In this document: positions 1-5,489 of the stretch, in pieces
How the letters are laid out: each line of letters begins with the position of its first letter
How positions within the stretch are numbered: position 1 is the stretch's first letter
NCBI GenBank assembly: GCA_031367385.1
Contig: JANLPS010000543.1
Coordinates: forward strand, 1-14,399
DNA length: 14,399 nt
Direction of reading: 5' to 3'
From: Archangium sp.
Lineage (GTDB): Bacteria; Myxococcota; Myxococcia; Myxococcales; Myxococcaceae
The notes under the pieces: generated by a model
Told to the model about the DNA's origin: nothing
The model's input: the letters and a program-made list of their open reading frames with translations, nothing else
Database searches by the model: none
Translations under genes and position numbers: made by a program

Positions 1-2
1 AT

Positions 3-623
3 CAACGGATCCGCGGCAAGGACGGCTACCAGTACACCCCGGAAGACAAAGACCTCGATCCCGCCGGCCTGGGCCGGCTGCACATTCTCGAGGTGCAGCG
101 GCAGATTCGCTTCATGCCCAAGGCGGTGATCGCGGTGGTGCCCGGGTGGTGCGTGGGCGGTGGGCATTCGCTCCACGTCGTGTGCGATTTGACCATCGCC
201 TCGAAAGAACACGCGGTGTTCAAGCAGACCGACGCCGACGTGGCCTCGTTCGACTCGGGCTACGGCTCGGCGCTCCTCGCGCGGCAGGTGGGCCAGAAGC
301 GCGCGCGAGAGATCTTTTTCGTGGGCGCCAACCACTCGGCCGATGAGGCGAAGGCGATGGGCATGGTGAACGCGGTGGTGCCACACGCGCAGCTCGAAGA
401 GTTTGCGCTCGGCTGGGCGGCCGAGATCAACACCAAGTCGCGCACCTCGATCAAGATGCTCAAATACGGCATGAATCTGCCCGACGACGGCATGGTCGGG
501 CAGCAGCTCTTCGCCGGTGAAGCCACCCGCCTCGCCTACGGCACCGACGAAGCCGAAGAGGGCCGCAGCGCGTTCGTCGACAAGCGAAAGCGCAATTTCT
601 CGAAGACCAAATGGTCGTACTGA
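3..623 (+). CDS. menB: 1,4-dihydroxy-2-naphthoyl-CoA synthase (MenB), 5'-truncated by the window edge
   Basis: The frame is open from position 3: QRIRGKDGYQY...GRLHILEVQRQIRFMPK...GWCVGGGHSLHVVCDLT...FKQTDADVASFDSGYG...QVGQKRAREIFF...GQQLFAGEATRLAY.TDEA.EGR. These are hallmark MenB crotonase motifs. The track's GTG at 93 is internal. Confidence 0.96.
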   Translation, partial: QRIRGKDGYQYTPEDKDLDPAGLGRLHILEVQRQIRFMPKAVIAVVPGWCVGGGHSLHVVCDLTIASKEHAVFKQTDADVASFDSGYGSALLARQVGQKRAREIFFVGANHSADEAKAMGMVNAVVPHAQLEEFALGWAAEINTKSRTSIKMLKYGMNLPDDGMVGQQLFAGEATRLAYGTDEAEEGRSAFVDKRKRNFSKTKWSY

Positions 624-636
624 TACACACCAAGGC

Positions 637-1059
637 ATGAACCGCGCGCGCCTGTTCGTTCTTTGTCTCGGCCTCGGCTGTGCCACCAGCAGCTCGTCGG
701 AGCACCTCGCCTACGTGCCCAGCCCCGAAGCGGTCGTGAAGCCTCAGGAGCTGATCGAGCGCATCATCACCGCGACGCCCGGCGCGAGCGTGAGCTTCGA
801 AGACGCGTTCTTCGTCGTGCATGAGCATGGCTCCGGTGAGCCCACCCGGCAGATGGTGCGCTATGAGGCCCTCGACAAGGTCGAGCTGTTCTCGCAGACC
901 AACGATGGCGTCAAAGTCTTCGGCGTCGTGCTCACCGACAAGCGGCTCAAGCCGATGTTTCAGTGGGCGACCAAAACCAAGGCCGACGCGCAGAAGCTCG
1001 CCGATGCGATCTCGGTGCTGGCCTCGTCGCGCGTTCAAGACCACGACAAGAAGCCGTAA
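637..1059 (+). CDS. Hypothetical exported protein, probable lipoprotein (140 aa)
   Basis: ATG at 637 follows AAGG and lies 13 nt after the menB stop. The N-terminus MNRARLFVLCLGLGC-ATSSSS has a basic n-region, short hydrophobic core, lipobox-like Cys and Ser linker. Third codon positions are GC-rich. The track's start at 517 overlaps menB. Confidence 0.75.
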   Translation: MNRARLFVLCLGLGCATSSSSEHLAYVPSPEAVVKPQELIERIITATPGASVSFEDAFFVVHEHGSGEPTRQMVRYEALDKVELFSQTNDGVKVFGVVLTDKRLKPMFQWATKTKADAQKLADAISVLASSRVQDHDKKP

Positions 1060-1066
1060 AACGCTC

Positions 1067-1127
1067 TGCTAAAAATACTGCAGTCGGGGCCTTGCTAGAT
1101 TTTTAGCAGCCTGCTAGGAAACCAGCA
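1067..1127. promoter_or_regulatory. Three 16-bp imperfect palindromes (TGCTA-N6-TAGCA consensus), putative operators of the downstream BlaI-family repressor
   Basis: 1067-1082 TGCTAAAAATACTGCA, 1093-1108 TGCTAGATTTTTAGCA and 1112-1127 TGCTAGGAAACCAGCA, in an AT-richer intergenic region directly upstream of the repressor gene. Confidence 0.7.
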
Positions 1128-1153
1128 CCTCGCTGATTCTCCTGGAGCCTGCC

Positions 1154-1537
1154 GTGGACGAAGCCGCTCAACTCTCTCGCCGCGAACGCCAGATCATGGA
1201 CGTGATCTGGAAGTCTGGTCAGGCGACTGTCAACGAAGTGCTGGAGGGGTTGGATGACCCGCCCAGCTATTCGGCGGTGCGTGCGCTGCTCAACGTGCTG
1301 AAGACCAAGGGCCAGCTCGACGTCGAGCAAGACGGAGCACGGTACATCTATCGCCCGACGGTCACCGCCGCGAAGGCCAGCCGCAACGCCCTGCAGCGCA
1401 TCGTCAACACCTTCTTCGGTGGGGAGCCCCGCGCGGCCATCGCCGCCCTCGCCCGGCTGCCCGAAGCCAACCTCACCGACAAAGAGCTCGACGCCATTTC
1501 CCGTCTGATTGATGCCGCTAAGAAGGAGGGTCGCTGA
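1154..1537 (+). CDS. blaI: BlaI/MecI/CopY family transcriptional repressor
   Basis: LSRRERQIMDVIW...ATVNEV...PSYSAVRALLNVLKTKGQL.....GARYIY.P...LQRIVNTFFGG...LTDKELDAISRLI is the typical winged-helix penicillinase-repressor pattern. GGAG RBS at 1144-1147 precedes the GTG. The gene sits directly upstream of an M56 peptidase. The symbol is family-level only. Confidence 0.93.
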   Translation: MDEAAQLSRRERQIMDVIWKSGQATVNEVLEGLDDPPSYSAVRALLNVLKTKGQLDVEQDGARYIYRPTVTAAKASRNALQRIVNTFFGGEPRAAIAALARLPEANLTDKELDAISRLIDAAKKEGR

Positions 1538-1539
1538 TC

Positions 1540-3819
1540 ATGTTCTTCGATACCGCGCAGGTTCTTGCCGCTCCGCCGTGGCTGCTCGATGTGCTCGATA
1601 CCTCGATGCGGGTGACCGTGCTTCTGGTCGCCGCCGCCGCGACCGCTTTCTTGATGCGAAAAGGCCCGGCCCAGGCGCGCCATCAGGTGTGGGCCTTGGC
1701 GCTGGGTGGAGCCCTGGTGCTCCCGGCGCTCGCGATGGTGTTGCCGGCCTGGCACTTGCGAGTGTTGCCCGCGGCCACGCAGGCGATGACCGAGTCGCCG
1801 CGCGAGCTCGATGCGGTCTTCGAGCCCTCAGCCGACGGCACCGTGACCGATGAGCACGAGGCGATGCCGGCCCTCGCTGCGCTCGCATCGACCTCGACCC
1901 ACCAACTGCCAAGCGCGCATATCGCCCAGAGCGTGATCAAGAGCGCCCTGCCCCTGTCGATGGGCGTTTGGCTGCTTGGGTTGTGGCTCGCCGGCATCGC
2001 TGTGGTGCTCGCGCGCGTGCTCTTCGATTGGGTGCAGGTCTGGGTGCTCAGCAAGCGGGCTACGCCGGTGCTCGATGAGCGCTCAGAGCTGTTCGCCGAA
2101 CAGCAGGTGCGCCTGGGGTTGACCGGGGTCGCGCTGGTCGAGCTCGAGGGCATCGAGCTGCCGTTCACCTGGGGCGTGATTTCACCGACGGTGGCGTTGC
2201 CGGCCTCGTCACGGCACTGGAGCACCGCGCGTCTCCAAGCCGCGATGTTGCATGAGCTGGCGCACGTTCGCCGCCTCGACGCCTTGACCCAGCTGATGGC
2301 TTGGGTGGCGTGCGCGGTCTACTGGTTTCACCCGCTCACCTGGTGGGCGTCGCGGCAGATGCGCGTGCTGCGAGAGTACGCCTGCGATGACGAGGTCATC
2401 GGCCAGGGTGTGCGCCCGAGCAGCTATGCCACCGAGCTCATCGGTATCGTGCAAGCCCTGCAGCACGAGGGCCGTGAATCGAGCGCGACGCTGGGCATGG
2501 CGCGGCGTTCTCCCCTGGGGGCGCGGCTGATCGCGCTGCTCGACCCGCACATTCCCCACTCCACGTTGGGCCGCCGCGCGGTGACGGTGCTTCGCTTCGG
2601 GGCATTGGCGACGTTGGTCTCGACGGCGGTGGTTCGACCTGCAGCCGCGCAGGCCCCGGCGGTGCTGCCGCGGTTGGCGCCGAGTGAATCGGCGAATCGG
2701 CGAAATGCCACGGTGGTTGCAGCCCCGGCTCCGGCAGCCGCTCCGGCCGCTGCGCCCGTACCAGTGGCCGCACCTACCCCCGCGGCTCCACCGGCGGCTG
2801 TCGTGGCACCCGCGGCGCCCTCGACCCCGGCGTCATCGATGACCGTCGTCTCGCAGAATGGTTCATGCGGCAGCCGACGTGATGCCGATGAGCTGCAGCG
2901 CATCGAGGCGATTCGCAGAGACTCGCGCGATCAAAACGACGTCACCCGCGAGTTGGTTGAATTGAGCCGTGACGCAGAATTCGACACCGAGACCTCGCGC
3001 CAGGCCTACCTGGCGGCGACCGCTTCGATTCAGAGCGACTCGCTCAAGGTCGAGGCTTTGAAGGGGCTGCTGCGGGGCGCTCCGATCTCGGTCGAGACGG
3101 GTCGTGGCGTGCTCGCCCAAGCCAAGCGCTTCACCCGAGACGACGACCGCGCCGAGCTGCTCTCGATGATGCACCACATTCGCGAGAGCGACCTCGTGCG
3201 TGGCCCGTTGGTCAACGCCTACCTCGACATTGTCGCCGACCTCACCAACCAAGAAGCGCTTTCCGATTCACTGCGCGAGCTGCTTCACCCCCGTGAGGTG
3301 ACTGCTGAAGGCGTCGAGAAGGCGCTGACGATGCTGAAGCGGGTCACCGACCCCACGCTGCGCATGGCGGTGCTGATCGAGGTCACTGACCACCAACGCA
3401 TCACGCCTTCGGTCGAGGCGGCCTACAGCGACTTGAGCGGCGCGCTGAAAGGCGACCTGCTCGCTGACGCCAAAGAGCGCCTGAGTGACGCCAAGCAGCA
3501 GAGTCACCGTCGCCGCTCCGGCTGGTTCGCTTCGTGGGACGGTGAGCGTCGAAGAGACCTCGGCCCCGAAGACGATGCCAAACGCCGCGAGGCCATCGAG
3601 CGCGCCAAAGAAGAGGTGAAGCGCGAAGTGATGCGCACCCGCGAGAGCCTCAGAGCCGAAGAAGGGCAGATCAAGGAGCGCGCCCGCGAGCTGCGCCAGA
3701 AGGCGAAAGGGCTCAGCCAGAAGTACAAAGAGCGCGCTCGTGAAATGCAGGAGAAGCTGCGCAAGGAGTTCGGCAACGACGTGCAGCTCAACGACGAGCT
3801 CGACCTCGACACGGAGTAG
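1540..3819 (+). CDS. M56 family (BlaR1/MecR1-like) membrane metallopeptidase with non-PBP C-terminal repeat domain
   Basis: N-terminal TM helices, A..RH.VW motif, PFTWG...P.V.LP, HELAHVRRLD zinc motif (2251-2265), WFHPL.W, REYACDD.V, YA.ELI, S.LGARL..LL. These are followed by a TM segment, Ala/Pro linker, helical repeats and a charged tail. It starts 2 nt after the repressor stop. Confidence 0.92.
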   Translation: MFFDTAQVLAAPPWLLDVLDTSMRVTVLLVAAAATAFLMRKGPAQARHQVWALALGGALVLPALAMVLPAWHLRVLPAATQAMTESPRELDAVFEPSADGTVTDEHEAMPALAALASTSTHQLPSAHIAQSVIKSALPLSMGVWLLGLWLAGIAVVLARVLFDWVQVWVLSKRATPVLDERSELFAEQQVRLGLTGVALVELEGIELPFTWGVISPTVALPASSRHWSTARLQAAMLHELAHVRRLDALTQLMAWVACAVYWFHPLTWWASRQMRVLREYACDDEVIGQGVRPSSYATELIGIVQALQHEGRESSATLGMARRSPLGARLIALLDPHIPHSTLGRRAVTVLRFGALATLVSTAVVRPAAAQAPAVLPRLAPSESANRRNATVVAAPAPAAAPAAAPVPVAAPTPAAPPAAVVAPAAPSTPASSMTVVSQNGSCGSRRDADELQRIEAIRRDSRDQNDVTRELVELSRDAEFDTETSRQAYLAATASIQSDSLKVEALKGLLRGAPISVETGRGVLAQAKRFTRDDDRAELLSMMHHIRESDLVRGPLVNAYLDIVADLTNQEALSDSLRELLHPREVTAEGVEKALTMLKRVTDPTLRMAVLIEVTDHQRITPSVEAAYSDLSGALKGDLLADAKERLSDAKQQSHRRRSGWFASWDGERRRDLGPEDDAKRREAIERAKEEVKREVMRTRESLRAEEGQIKERARELRQKAKGLSQKYKERAREMQEKLRKEFGNDVQLNDELDLDTE
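2716..2838 (+). repeat. Low-complexity Ala/Pro linker-coding repeat inside the M56 gene
   Basis: Encodes VAAPAPAAAPAAAPVPVAAPTPAAPPAAVVAPAAPSTPASS. Near-tandem GCTCCGGCAGCC/GCTCCGGCCGCT at 2728-2751. Confidence 0.7.
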
Positions 3820-3827
3820 TCAGCGCC

Positions 3828-4712
3828 TCATCTGCGCTGGCTGCGCAAGACCAGCACCTCACCGAACGCTCCACGCCGCTCAGACAAGGTGAGCGAGCCG
3901 CGGTCGACCTCTCGCAGAAAATACTCCCCGAACGCACCGCTCGGGCCGTGGCTGTAAACGGTGAGGTTCTTCTCGCCTGCGAGCGCACCGAGCGTTTCAG
4001 CGACGCCCTGAGCGACCGCTCCGTGAAATGGGTAGTAGAGATAAAAGATCGACCCCCGCGAGAGGTCGGTGTCGCGCACGTCGGCGTGAATGAAGCGCGC
4101 GTTGCGTAACCCCAGCTCACCAGCAGTGAAGCGAGCGGCGTCGACATAGCTGGCACCGCATTCAACTCCCACCACCGTGGTCGAGGTGCTGGCCGAGACC
4201 GTCAAGGCCAACTTGCCGCTCCCAGACCCCAGGTCGAACACCACATCGTCACCAGTCGGCTCGGTGACCTTGAGAAAATCGGCCGCCCGCTCGGCCCGTG
4301 ACGCCATGTTGGGGCTCGCACCACTCGGGGCGGTTTCTCCCTCGGTGTACCGGGCGATGTGAAACAGGGCGTCGAGCGAGTCGTCGGCCGGAGTGCCTGC
4401 GCTGTCGTCATTGGGCACGTACCCGAGCCCCTGCCACCAGGCGCGAAACGCTCCGGGCCCAAGCACGCCCGAGCGAACCTGCTGGGCCAACGAAGCACTC
4501 GATTGACCCAGCACGAGGCGAACCTCTGCATGCCGACGCTCGTAGGCCGCCCATAAGGCCTGGGCCGCTGGGTGCCGTTCGAAGTCTGACGCCAGTGCGG
4601 TGACCTCGACGTTGTCGCAGATGAACTGGAGTTGCTCAGCCAGCCGCCACAGGGACCCCAGCGCCAGCTGGCCGAGCGGCTCGGTTTTTATCAGCACTGA
4701 AACCCGATCCAT
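3828..4712 (-). CDS. Class I SAM-dependent methyltransferase (DOT1-like motif set); start uncertain (4697, 4712 or 4733)
   Basis: Motif I DDVVFDLGSGSGKL, then VVGVE, ARFIHADV and IFYLYYPF. The track's longest start at 4853 runs through AT-richer, intergenic-looking sequence. Confidence 0.85.
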   Translation of the reverse strand: MDRVSVLIKTEPLGQLALGSLWRLAEQLQFICDNVEVTALASDFERHPAAQALWAAYERRHAEVRLVLGQSSASLAQQVRSGVLGPGAFRAWWQGLGYVPNDDSAGTPADDSLDALFHIARYTEGETAPSGASPNMASRAERAADFLKVTEPTGDDVVFDLGSGSGKLALTVSASTSTTVVGVECGASYVDAARFTAGELGLRNARFIHADVRDTDLSRGSIFYLYYPFHGAVAQGVAETLGALAGEKNLTVYSHGPSGAFGEYFLREVDRGSLTLSERRGAFGEVLVLRSQRR

Positions 4713-4840
4713 CCACCACGGCCGCGACGCCATCGCGCGACTGTGGGGCCCTCGAAGTCGCCACACAACTTTTGACCACGGTGTGACCGATCTGCTCGCC
4801 GAAGATGTTCGTAAGCTCCTGATCGTATTGAGAGAAATGT

Positions 4841-4857
4841 CGGCATGGCCCATGCCT
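4841..4857. promoter_or_regulatory. Palindrome GGCATG-GCC-CATGCC with sigma54-like GG-N10-GC spacing on both strands
   Basis: Plus strand CGGCATG-GCCC-ATGC and minus strand AGGCATG-GGCC-ATGC, against the consensus TGGCACG-N4-TTGC. It lies between divergent genes. Confidence 0.35.
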
Positions 4858-4870
4858 TGTGGCAGTGATC

Positions 4871-5392
4871 ATGACCCGAATCGCCAACAACCAACGCACC
4901 CAGGCTCGCCACCCCAGGCGCTTCAAAGTCGTGGTTGGGCCGATGACGCTCTTCACCCATGACGTCGGCTCCGGCGGCCTCTGTCTCGAAACGATGACGC
5001 TCCCGGCTCGGCACTCAGTCATTCAGGCGCAGGTCGTCGTCGCGGGCACGCCGCACGCGTTCGAAGGCACCGTCGCCTGGGTCATGCCCGGCGATACCCG
5101 GGTGGGCCACAAAGGCCGCTGCGGCGTGCGCTTCACCAAGACTTCGCCTCAGCTGGTCGATGCGCTGAAGGCGTTGAAACACGATGCGGCCGTGCCCTCG
5201 TCGCTGCCGATTGGGTGGCAGCTCCAACAGTCAGAGCCAACCACCGCGGTGCTCACCGCCCCCGACATCGTTCAAGAGGGTGAAACCTGGCTCGTTCGCG
5301 TGCCGGCCCGGTTCGGTCGTCAACAGGTCTATCGCTGCCCCAAAGAGAGCCTCGCCAGACGCCTCTTCGATCGACTTCAGCGCGCTGCGTAG
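4871..5392 (+). CDS. PilZ domain-containing protein with additional small C-terminal domain
   Basis: QRTQARHP (RxxxR), THDVGSGGLCL (D/NxSxxG variant), G.VAWV.P...G.CGVRF. The ATG at 4871 is preferred over the GTG at 4859. Confidence 0.85.
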   Translation: MTRIANNQRTQARHPRRFKVVVGPMTLFTHDVGSGGLCLETMTLPARHSVIQAQVVVAGTPHAFEGTVAWVMPGDTRVGHKGRCGVRFTKTSPQLVDALKALKHDAAVPSSLPIGWQLQQSEPTTAVLTAPDIVQEGETWLVRVPARFGRQQVYRCPKESLARRLFDRLQRAA

Positions 5393-5489
5393 CGTGAGGA
5401 AGCACGGGTCGAAATACACCCCGCACAGCACGCTTCAGCCATTGGCCCCAAGCGCATATTGTCGCGGGCGCACATGACCCGAGTGCTCG

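Noticed and set aside
460..1044. 194-aa minus-strand ORF and the other shadow ORFs over menB and the lipoprotein gene
   Set aside because: They are antisense or alternative frames of well-supported genes and carry no motifs. Long shadow ORFs are expected at high GC.
3819..3828. Convergent gene ends with no intrinsic terminator (also the stop overlap at 8483-8486)
   Set aside because: Tight convergent packing is common in bacteria, and there is no hairpin or U-tract to call.
4734..4853. N-terminal extension of the methyltransferase ORF to 4853
   Set aside because: The sequence is AT-richer, non-coding-like and contains the palindromic elements. It would leave almost no room for divergent promoters.
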